IMG/VR virus record: IMGVR_UViG_3300036760_000504
Location: 1 to 53,893 of that record
Length of the DNA: 53,893 nucleotides
Reading direction: 5' to 3' (one strand)
Source of the DNA: a virus
Taxonomy: Duplodnaviria; Caudoviricetes
The notes beneath the pieces were generated by a model, which searched no databases, had not been told where the DNA came from, and worked only from the letters and a program-made list of their open reading frames with translations. The translations under genes and the position numbers were made by a program. Shown here in pieces: positions 26,184 through 33,588 of the stretch (position 1 is its first letter; every line of letters begins with the position of its first letter).

Positions 26184-26864
26184 TTAATCTTCAGCCTCCA
26201 TTGCGGCCAGGATTTGTTTCACCTGTTCCAAATCAGATTTTTTGCAGAACAGGGCCACCGTCTCACTCTGCTCATCCGTAAATTTTTCAATCAATTTATC
26301 AAACGGGTCGGGGTTTTCCTGGATTTGCTCAAACTGCTCTCTGGAGAGTACCCCGTCATTATAGCCGCCATTATCATTCCAGGCCAACATGACCCAATCG
26401 GGATTCACGGTATCGGAGTCGATCATCCGCCATTCGTCCACAACCCTATAGGTGATGGTGCCCCAGGGATAGGTTTTAATGTCCGGCTCAGAGCAATAAT
26501 GCTCGCTCCGCAGGGGGATAAAAAACTGATGATTGTTGCCGTTCCAAACGTTACCAGTGATTTCCGAGAGTTGCGCTCGGTGCAAACTGCCCTCATTGGA
26601 GATCATGTCGTAAATTTCGTTTTCATTGTCCTCAGTAATCTCGATTTTGGTTCCATCATCGGTAATGAGGGTGATGATGGTTTCGCCCCGACCGATGTTA
26701 CCAAAACAGCCCCGAGTGTCGATGCGCCGATATTCCGCCCAATCCAGCATGTAGGCCAGATTTGCCCTGGTGGCATCCATTTCCTCTGGGACCGCCCACG
26801 CGTCCCGATCACTGCGGTAAATGCCCTCGGCCAATTCGGTGATCATTTGAATTTTCATTGTCAT
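26184..26864 (-). CDS. Acidic hypothetical protein
   Basis: AGGAGG RBS; first gene of the inverted cassette. Confidence 0.7.
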   Translation of the reverse strand: MTMKIQMITELAEGIYRSDRDAWAVPEEMDATRANLAYMLDWAEYRRIDTRGCFGNIGRGETIITLITDDGTKIEITEDNENEIYDMISNEGSLHRAQLSEITGNVWNGNNHQFFIPLRSEHYCSEPDIKTYPWGTITYRVVDEWRMIDSDTVNPDWVMLAWNDNGGYNDGVLSREQFEQIQENPDPFDKLIEKFTDEQSETVALFCKKSDLEQVKQILAAMEAED

Positions 26865-26888
26865 GCCTCCTGTAGATTTGTTAAATAT

Positions 26889-26917
26889 AGATTAATCCCG
26901 GTTTGCGGGAATGTCAA
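26889..26917 (-). promoter_or_regulatory. Sigma70 promoter of the inverted cassette with a palindromic spacer
   Basis: Minus strand TTGACA-17 bp-TAATCT; spacer contains TCCCG-N5-CGGGA. Confidence 0.7.
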
Positions 26918-26961
26918 GAAAAAAAGAGAAGGTAAGTGAAAAATAATTTCGAGGCCCCCCC

Positions 26962-27288
26962 ATGCGCAAAATAGCCCTCATCCGCTCATCCCCCACGCTC
27001 TACCGGTTGGCGCTCGCCTGGCCCGCGGTGGATAGGGAGGATGTCACCCCGGCCCTGGATGCCCCGGCGGACCCCTGGGCCTGCATCCGGTTCGACTTCA
27101 CCCGCCTGGCATATCTGGCCGATGTGTCCGCCGGAGTTGCCCTCGCTGGGTTTGACCGGCTCAAGGCCCATGGGATCATCACCCCTGATGGCGGCCTGGC
27201 CCCTACGGTAGAGAAGTATTTCCGGGCTGAGGGGCTGGCCGGGTTCGGGGTGAAGGTGAAGCCGCCAAAAGCCCCGGCAGCCGAGTAA
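26962..27288 (+). CDS. Hypothetical protein preceding the terminase ATPase
   Basis: Ends 3 nt before the next ATG; paralogous fragment at 22673-22825. Confidence 0.6.
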   Translation: MRKIALIRSSPTLYRLALAWPAVDREDVTPALDAPADPWACIRFDFTRLAYLADVSAGVALAGFDRLKAHGIITPDGGLAPTVEKYFRAEGLAGFGVKVKPPKAPAAE

Positions 27289-27291
27289 CCC

Positions 27292-28248
27292 ATGTTCACC
27301 GCCGACAACCGCCGCCTGATTGAGCACTATCGCCAGCACCCATTTTCCAATGACGCTGAGCTCCTACTGTTCGTCAAGGCCCTGTTTAAGGGGAAGGCCA
27401 GCGAACCCCTCAGCATCCCCCAGGCCCAGGTATGCCCCGAACATGATTCCCCCGCCCAATATTTCTGCGACGCCGTCTTTGAACGCACCCTGAACGCTAT
27501 CTGCTGGGCGAACCGGGGCGGCGGCAAGACCCTCCTGGGGGCGCTGGTGACTTGGCTGGATACGGTATTCAAGGCGGGCTGCTCCACCCAAGTCCTGGCC
27601 GGGTCCCTTGAGCAGAGCAACCGCATGTACGAACACATGACCGGCGGGGGGGATGGCTGGGGCCTGGTGAACGAAAACTTCTATCACCTGCTCGCCTCAG
27701 CCAAACAAATGCGCCGGGGGAAAACTGACAAAGACGGCGAAATGCTCACCCGGTCGATGGTGCTGAAGAACTTCTCAAGCATCAACCTGCTTACCGCCTC
27801 CCCCAAGAGCGTCCGGGGCGCACATCCCCAGAAAGTCAAGCTCGATGAGATTGACGAAATGGACCCCCGGATTTATGAGGCGGCGCTGTCAACCCCGATG
27901 ACTAAGGGCGGGCACCAGGCCAGTACCCACATTTACAGCACCATGCACAAGACTTACGGCCTTATGCAGCGGGTCGTAGAAGAGGCCCCGGCACGGGGCT
28001 ATCGGCTTTACAAGTGGTGTGTTCTGGACGTCTTGGAGCGGTGCAAGGGTCGGGAATGCACCGGGTGCGATCTGTACCCCGAATGCCAGGGCCGGGCCCG
28101 GGAAGCAGACGGCTACTATTCGATTGAAAACGCTATCACCAAAAAGCGCCAGGTGTCTGAACAGACGTGGCTTTCGGAGTACCTGTGCCAGATTCCTAGC
28201 AGTGAAGGGTTGATTTACCCTGAGTTCGATATGTGTCTTGTGGTCTGA
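27292..28248 (+). CDS. Terminase large subunit, ATPase domain only
   Basis: Walker A ANRGGGKT, SVRGAH, Walker B VKLDEID, YSTMH coupling motif; ends at SEYLC..GLIYPEF, the usual ATPase/nuclease linker. Confidence 0.82.
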   Translation: MFTADNRRLIEHYRQHPFSNDAELLLFVKALFKGKASEPLSIPQAQVCPEHDSPAQYFCDAVFERTLNAICWANRGGGKTLLGALVTWLDTVFKAGCSTQVLAGSLEQSNRMYEHMTGGGDGWGLVNENFYHLLASAKQMRRGKTDKDGEMLTRSMVLKNFSSINLLTASPKSVRGAHPQKVKLDEIDEMDPRIYEAALSTPMTKGGHQASTHIYSTMHKTYGLMQRVVEEAPARGYRLYKWCVLDVLERCKGRECTGCDLYPECQGRAREADGYYSIENAITKKRQVSEQTWLSEYLCQIPSSEGLIYPEFDMCLVV

Positions 28249-28315
28249 GGTACACCCCCCTCGCTAACCACCCCCGTTATTCGCTCCGATTAACCCCCCC
28301 TGAGAATTAAAAAAA

Positions 28316-28372
28316 AATTAGCGGACGCAAAATAAAACTTGACATAACCATTAGCGTGTGCTAACCTATAAT
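28316..28372 (+). promoter_or_regulatory. Repressor-controlled early promoter with two operators
   Basis: TTAGCGGACGCAAA 28318; TTGACA 28339-17 bp-TAACCT 28362; TTAGCGTGTGCTAA 28351 is the exact reverse complement of the 11982 operator. Confidence 0.8.
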
Positions 28373-28374
28373 CA

Positions 28375-28960
28375 ACCAATCAATCAATCATAATCAAACC
28401 AGGAGGTTAGCGCCAACCGACAAAAAACCAAAAAAATCAGGGCGGGGGTGGCCAGGCTCACGGCGGCCAGTAAAAAAAAGCAGAAACCGGACCCCAGCCA
28501 ATCAGAGACGGGATAACAACCGTAGAGGGTAGCGCCTCATAAAAATTGCAAATAGAGCGCAGGAGGCCCCAGCGGCCCCGAGGCTCCCCCCGGAAACCAG
28601 ATCGAATCTGGCAGTTGCGGGTAGGCGGCACGACCGAAAGTGACCTGGCGGCAAGCGCCAAGGTGATGAGCCTGAATCTTGAGACAATTTAGGGGAGCAC
28701 GGCCCCGGCAACCGTGGCGAAGCTAAAAACCGGAAACGAGGCGAACCAGAGGCGGCGCGACGTAGGGAAACCCCAGGTAAGGCCGGCAGAGTAGCCCAGG
28801 CGGTGAAGTGTAGGCCGGGGAGTATCCGAAAGCGCCAAGCATGGAGAGCAGCCGGGAAGGGCGACGGTGGTGATGACCTTTAACTGAAGCAAGGCTCTGA
28901 ACGGGGTTCGGGAGTTCTGGCGGATTCCTGGACCTTCTTGAGCGCACTTGCTCAAATCTA
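28375..28960 (+). ncRNA. Candidate long structured non-coding RNA / leader
   Basis: No plus-strand ORF of 60 aa or more until 28948; follows a strong promoter; several hairpins and GAAA/GCAA loops. Confidence 0.4.
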
Positions 28961-29113
28961 AAAACTTGGAGTCAAGATCATGCAAAGCACAGTTCAGCGA
29001 ATCCACCCAGAAGCGAACCAGAAACCCGAACTCAACCCCTTACCTGGGAAGCACTCATGTTACGTCTGCGCCGATAATCAGGGTTGCAAACCAGGCCCCA
29101 AAAGGAGGTCGTG

Positions 29114-29296
29114 ATGCCCTTATACAAATATCTCTGCGTGGATTGTGGAGAGGAGGACTCCCGAATTGCCGGGGTTGACGACTACACGGCCCTGTGCATT
29201 GAGTGCGGCGGTCCCATGCTGAGGCTGGACGAGGATATTTGGGCGCCGTTGTGGTCGGAGCAAGAGGCCGAGGCGGTGCAGGAGGTGGAACCGTGA
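29114..29296 (+). CDS. FmdB-like zinc-ribbon protein
   Basis: MPLYKYLCVDCG...CIECGGPM; AAGGAGG RBS. Confidence 0.75.
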   Translation: MPLYKYLCVDCGEEDSRIAGVDDYTALCIECGGPMLRLDEDIWAPLWSEQEAEAVQEVEP

Positions 29297-29409
29297 ACGA
29301 TTTAATCAAGGAAATCGGGCGATTCATTTTTTTTCTGCTCCTGGTGAGCGGGTGGACGTATTTTCTGCTTTTACTGGCGGCGAGCCGGTAAGGGTAAGGA
29401 GGGTTTTTT

Positions 29410-30474
29410 ATGGCGATTAAGGGACTTACACCGCAATTGGCAGAGAGGGGTAAAATAAAAATAGGCGGTCTGGGAGATGAACGGAAAAAGCGGGATGGCT
29501 CCGGGACATACATGCTTCCAATCAAGTACGACCACTTCGTCATTACCACCATGCAGCGGGACGCGGCCGGCCGGTTCATGCCGGATGACGCTCTGATGAA
29601 AATGGTGAACCCGGGCGGCACTAAGCTGGTGGAACTCCCGGTGCAGCTCCTGTACGACGACATTGACCTCAATTTTATGACCCGGTACTCCGCTTATCAG
29701 GGCTCCCGGTGCTGGTGTTCTGGGGACGGTGAAGAAGCTCAACGGCTTACCGGCGACAATGGGAAGTATGCCCCGGTCCCCTGCCCCTGCGAACGGTTAG
29801 CGGCGGATTACAAAGGGCAACCGCGCTGCAAACCCCTGGGCACCCTGCAAGTGCTCCTGGAAGGAGTTGACCGGGTGGGCGGCGTCTGGAAATTCCGTAC
29901 TACATCGTGGAACAGTGTCAACGCTATCCTGTCCAGCCTGGCACTCATCAAAACGATCACGGGTGGTCCTCTGGCCGGGATTCCCTTGACGCTGGTGCTC
30001 TCGCCCAAAACGGTCACGGCCCCAGATGGCAAGAGCATGGTGGCATTCATCGTCTCCATTGAGTTTCGTGGTCCAGAGCAGAAGTTGGCCGAGATCGGTT
30101 ACGAGATCGCCATGCGGCGTATTGAGCGCCGGGTGAAGATGGAAACGGTAGAAGCCGAAGCCCGAAAACTATTGTTGCTCCCACACATGGAACCCCCCCC
30201 GGATCAGGAAGATACCGCTGCGGAGTTCTACCCGGTAGAATTGGGACCGGGGGCAAAGCCGGCCTCACCAGACCCCGCCCAGGGCAAGAAAAAGGCCTCC
30301 CCTACCCAACCACCTACCCAGGCCCCGGAAGTTTCAGCAGCGGGAGGGACGCAAAACCAGGCCCCCGGAAACGGAGGGGAGCAGGAGGCCCCGGAACCCA
30401 ATGAGATCGTCACGGCCCCTCTTCCCCAACCCAAAGGAAACGCGGGGCAGGGCGCTCGTAAGTCTCTATTTTAA
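29410..30474 (+). CDS. Gp3/RDF-like putative recombination (annealing) protein
   Basis: ERGKIKIG..DHFVIT..CSGDGE..CPC..CKPLGTL..GVWKFRTTSWNS; Pro-rich tail; next to an exonuclease. Confidence 0.65.
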   Translation: MAIKGLTPQLAERGKIKIGGLGDERKKRDGSGTYMLPIKYDHFVITTMQRDAAGRFMPDDALMKMVNPGGTKLVELPVQLLYDDIDLNFMTRYSAYQGSRCWCSGDGEEAQRLTGDNGKYAPVPCPCERLAADYKGQPRCKPLGTLQVLLEGVDRVGGVWKFRTTSWNSVNAILSSLALIKTITGGPLAGIPLTLVLSPKTVTAPDGKSMVAFIVSIEFRGPEQKLAEIGYEIAMRRIERRVKMETVEAEARKLLLLPHMEPPPDQEDTAAEFYPVELGPGAKPASPDPAQGKKKASPTQPPTQAPEVSAAGGTQNQAPGNGGEQEAPEPNEIVTAPLPQPKGNAGQGARKSLF

Positions 30475-30480
30475 CCTATA

Positions 30481-30515
30481 GGTAAAGGGGTCCATACCCG
30501 GGCCCCTACCTTTTT
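30481..30515 (+). terminator. Putative intrinsic terminator
   Basis: GGTAAAGGGGTCC-ATACCC-GGGCCCCTACC followed by TTTTT. Confidence 0.5.
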
Positions 30516-30527
30516 GAAGGAGGCACC

Positions 30528-31643
30528 ATGGCAACCCCCAAAAAGCCCCCGGGCTATTCATTTTCAGCCCTGGATTTGTTTGATCACTGCCCTTGGGCGT
30601 ACAAGTTGGTACGTCTCGACCGCATCCCCCGCGGCGAATCCGAACCCCTGATCATCGGCGCCACAATTCACCGGATTGTGGCGGACTATCTGAATCGGCT
30701 GATCCTCAATCGGCTGTCCACCGATTGGCAGTGGGCCGAGGAAGCAGGGAATTTCATCGACGTGCCCGCCGATGTCCTGGAAATCTGGGAACGGTTCTAT
30801 CAAACCTTCGTGCTTCCTCCCGGCATTGAAGACCCCGGCATTGAAAAAAAGCTGGCTTTTGACCGCAACTGGCAGCCGACAGAGTTCTTTTCCGCAGATG
30901 CCTATTTCCGAGCTGTCGTGGACTTCACCTTCCGGCAGGGGGGGCTGGTGGCGGTTGTTGATTGGAAATCTAACTACATGATCTATGAGGTTGAGAAGAA
31001 CCTCCAGGCCAAAATCTACGGATGGGCGGTGCGCCGGGCGATTTACCCCGATGCCCAGGAGATTCTACTGCGACTCCACTTCCTGCGCTACGGCGCCGAA
31101 CGTGAAATCCTCCTGCTCCCGGAGGACCTGGACACCGTGCCGGCGGAGCTTGAAGCCAAGATCGCCGTCATCGAAGCCGAGAAGCATTTTGACCCACGGC
31201 CCGGGTCTTACTGCTCGTGGTGTGGTGTCCAGAGCCACTGTCCTGTCATGCAGTCGGCCCTGGTCCCCGTAGAGATCATGGCCCCAGCGACCCGGGAACA
31301 AGCCGAGAAAGCGGCGACATTGCTCCTGGCCGTGCGGGAAATGGACAAGATGATCACCGGGCGGCTCAAGGAATACGTGCAGGCGAACGGCCCGGTTCAG
31401 GTAGGAGATCAAATCTATGGCCCTTCCCTGTCCACCAGCTACAACCTGGACCCCCGGGGCGTGACCGAACACCTCCTGGCCGAGGGCCTGGAGGTTGACC
31501 AGGTGTGGGGGATGCTGAACCTCACAAAGACGGGGTTGGAGCGGGGCCTCAAGAAGTTGAAGCGCAAGGACCTGCTCGATGCGATCCTGGCCGGGGCTCC
31601 GAGTACTCAGACCGAACGGATCGGATTTGCCAAGGCCAAATAA
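30528..31643 (+). CDS. PD-(D/E)XK (RecB/Cas4-like) exonuclease
   Basis: YSFSAL..CP, GATIH, RAVVD..VVDWKS..QAKIY, CSWC..CP. Confidence 0.85.
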   Translation: MATPKKPPGYSFSALDLFDHCPWAYKLVRLDRIPRGESEPLIIGATIHRIVADYLNRLILNRLSTDWQWAEEAGNFIDVPADVLEIWERFYQTFVLPPGIEDPGIEKKLAFDRNWQPTEFFSADAYFRAVVDFTFRQGGLVAVVDWKSNYMIYEVEKNLQAKIYGWAVRRAIYPDAQEILLRLHFLRYGAEREILLLPEDLDTVPAELEAKIAVIEAEKHFDPRPGSYCSWCGVQSHCPVMQSALVPVEIMAPATREQAEKAATLLLAVREMDKMITGRLKEYVQANGPVQVGDQIYGPSLSTSYNLDPRGVTEHLLAEGLEVDQVWGMLNLTKTGLERGLKKLKRKDLLDAILAGAPSTQTERIGFAKAK

Positions 31644-31805
31644 TTTGCACCTCGCGCCCCCAGTCTCCACCGCTGCTCGCTGAGGCGGGACACGCCGGGA
31701 TGCTCTTTTTGAAGTCAAGAGTTAAACCGCCGGGGGCAAGCCATATCATCATCTGGCGGTAATTCCGAGCACCAGGCGCTGGCCCCGAGCGAGAGAGGGG
31801 CACTT

Positions 31806-32067
31806 GGAACGGGGCGAGGCCGGGCCGGGCACGGCCGGGCAAGGCGGGGCGGGGCCGGGCGAGGCTTGGAACGAGTCCGGGCATGGCGCGGCCTGGCGAG
31901 GTAAGGCTTGGAACGCGGCATGGTATGGCAGGGAACACGGCTTGGCAGGGCCGGACCAGGCGGGGCGTGGCATGGCTGGGCGAGGAACGTGGCATGGCGG
32001 GGCAGTGCCTGACAAGGCAGTGCGCGGCTTGGCAGTGCAAGTCACGGCGAGGCAAGGAACATGGTAG
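31806..32067 (+). repeat. Phased (GGY-NN)n pentamer array A: five units delimited by GGAAC; candidate guide-RNA array
   Basis: GGAAC at 31806, 31868, 31910, 31932, 31984, 32056; units hold 11, 7, 3, 9 and 13 pentamers in exact 5-nt phase. Confidence 0.9.
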
Positions 32068-32095
32068 TTAAAATTAAGGAACACGGAGGAAGCAA

Positions 32096-32764
32096 ATGAA
32101 ACCGAAAACGTACGCAGTGGAACTGATTGGCGAAACCCCCTTACTGATGCATCATGACAACCTGTCATGGACCGAAACGATGAAGCTATGGGAAAAGGAC
32201 CCGGCAAACCAGGCGATCTCCGTTAAGGGTGATGACAGGTCCCCCGCTTGGCGCTGGATCGGCAACCTGTATGTCGAAGCTGGCCGCATCGTGATCCCCA
32301 GCGACAACCTGATGACTATACTCCGGGAAGGCGGCAAGCGGTGCCCGACTGGTAAAGGTCAGACCACCTTCAAGTCGCAGACTCAAAGCGGTTTGTTAGT
32401 GAACCAGAGTTCCTGGCCGCTAAATGTAAACGGGGGAGCGGAAATCCCCTACGCCCCCATCAAAGCGCTCATCGAGGAGCCGGAGTTTCCTCTGCACGAG
32501 ATGCAGGTGCAGGACCTGGGATTCAACCTGTTTGTCAAACGGGCCAAAATTGGCCAGACCAAGCATGTGCGAGTTCGGCCCCGGTTTGACCAGTGGTCTT
32601 GCAAGGGGACCATCACCATATTCGATGAGACGATCTCACGCGATATCCTGGCGAATATCCTGACCTTTGCCGGCACTTACGCCGGTATGGGCGATTGGCG
32701 TCCCTCATCCCCGAAATCACCGGGGCCCTGGGGCAAATTCACCGCCAAGATCAAGGAGGTGTAA
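32096..32764 (+). CDS. Cas7/RAMP-like protein
   Basis: VELIGETPLLMH first strand; IVIPSDNLMTILREGG; RVRPRFDQW; G-rich loop AGTYAGMGDWRP..GPWGKF at the C-terminus. Confidence 0.7.
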   Translation: MKPKTYAVELIGETPLLMHHDNLSWTETMKLWEKDPANQAISVKGDDRSPAWRWIGNLYVEAGRIVIPSDNLMTILREGGKRCPTGKGQTTFKSQTQSGLLVNQSSWPLNVNGGAEIPYAPIKALIEEPEFPLHEMQVQDLGFNLFVKRAKIGQTKHVRVRPRFDQWSCKGTITIFDETISRDILANILTFAGTYAGMGDWRPSSPKSPGPWGKFTAKIKEV

Positions 32765-32765
32765 C

Positions 32766-33236
32766 GTGAGTACAGTGAAATTTGGCTTTGGCGGAATCCC
32801 CACTGACATTGATGTTAGGAGGTTGCAGGAACAGTTCGGCATACCAAAACCAGGAGAGGTCGTGTCCTACGCAGCTATTTCTGAGTGCATAGGCAATTCC
32901 AAAACTGAATCCAGATTTTGGTCGGTTACAAATGCGTGGCGAAAACAGCTTTTCCGGGAAAACAATCTCGTGACAGAGGCCATTCGCAATGAGGGTTTTG
33001 AGTTTCTTGACGCCCATAAGCGGGTTGGGCATTCGGTCGGCAAGTTTAAGCAGGGCCTACGGAGGGTGAGTAAGGCCTCTATGGTCGCAGCGAGCACCGA
33101 CCGGAGAGATTTGACCCCCGAAGAAAACCGTGTTTGCGACCATATACAGAACACGGGGGCCCAGATCAGACTTGCAGCGGCGACAGCGGCCCGGCAATTA
33201 ACTTATGTGGACCCGGTGAAAGTGCCGTTGCCGTAA
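32766..33236 (+). CDS. Partner protein of the RAMP-like gene (156 aa, possible winged helix plus helical tail)
   Basis: GTG 1 nt after the RAMP stop with AAGGAGG RBS; enclosed between the two arrays. Confidence 0.7.
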   Translation: MSTVKFGFGGIPTDIDVRRLQEQFGIPKPGEVVSYAAISECIGNSKTESRFWSVTNAWRKQLFRENNLVTEAIRNEGFEFLDAHKRVGHSVGKFKQGLRRVSKASMVAASTDRRDLTPEENRVCDHIQNTGAQIRLAAATAARQLTYVDPVKVPLP

Positions 33237-33239
33237 CGT

Positions 33240-33301
33240 GGAACGCGGCATGGCTTGGCAGGGCTTGGCCGGGCATGGCAGGGCCGGGCCTGGCAAGGCA
33301 C
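33240..33301 (+). repeat. Phased (GGC-NN)11 array B, one GGAAC-led unit
   Basis: GGAAC GC GGC AT GGC TT GGC AG GGC TT GGC CG GGC AT GGC AG GGC CG GGC CT GGC AA GGC AC. Confidence 0.9.
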
Positions 33302-33303
33302 GG

Positions 33304-33337
33304 AGGGGGCCGCTCACCCCGGCCCCCTAATTTTTTT
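33304..33337 (+). terminator. Intrinsic terminator closing array B
   Basis: AGGGGGCCG-CTCACCC-CGGCCCCCT perfect 9-bp stem, then AATTTTTTT. Confidence 0.75.
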
Positions 33338-33354
33338 AAAGGAGGGAAAAATCA

Positions 33355-33588
33355 ATGAAGACTATCATGCTTATTGTCACGTTGTTAATGTGTTCCGGGT
33401 GCGCTTCGACGCCCATGAATGTCGTCATGACCAACCCGGGAACCGGCAAGTCGATCTACATCGCGCATTATTCGTATGGGGTCGGATTTGGAGCTATAGG
33501 CCCCGCCATCGTAGCCGAACAACAGCAGAAAAAAGCCATCGAGGCTGCCAAGATGATGGGGTTCACTGAAATGCAGGTGGTGAAATGA
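33355..33588 (+). CDS. Small lipoprotein
   Basis: MKTIMLIVTLLMCSG-C lipobox; AGGAGG RBS. Confidence 0.7.
   Translation: MKTIMLIVTLLMCSGCASTPMNVVMTNPGTGKSIYIAHYSYGVGFGAIGPAIVAEQQQKKAIEAAKMMGFTEMQVVK

Noticed and set aside
28375-28960. tRNA, tmRNA or group II intron
   Set aside because: No cloverleaf with a T-loop and CCA end, tag reading frame or domain V motif recognised by eye; a covariance search is needed.
30528-31643. Cas4 of a CRISPR adaptation module
   Set aside because: No Cas1/Cas2; its position beside a Gp3-like protein fits a phage recombination exonuclease.
31549-32207. ORFs over array A on both strands (PRPAPP/AWQG-rich)
   Set aside because: Low-complexity translations of a stop-poor 5-nt repeat with no RBS; a period of 5 argues against coding.
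31806-33301. Canonical CRISPR array or simple microsatellite
   Set aside because: No 25-40 nt repeats with spacers; variation is confined to two of every five positions, unlike slippage repeats.
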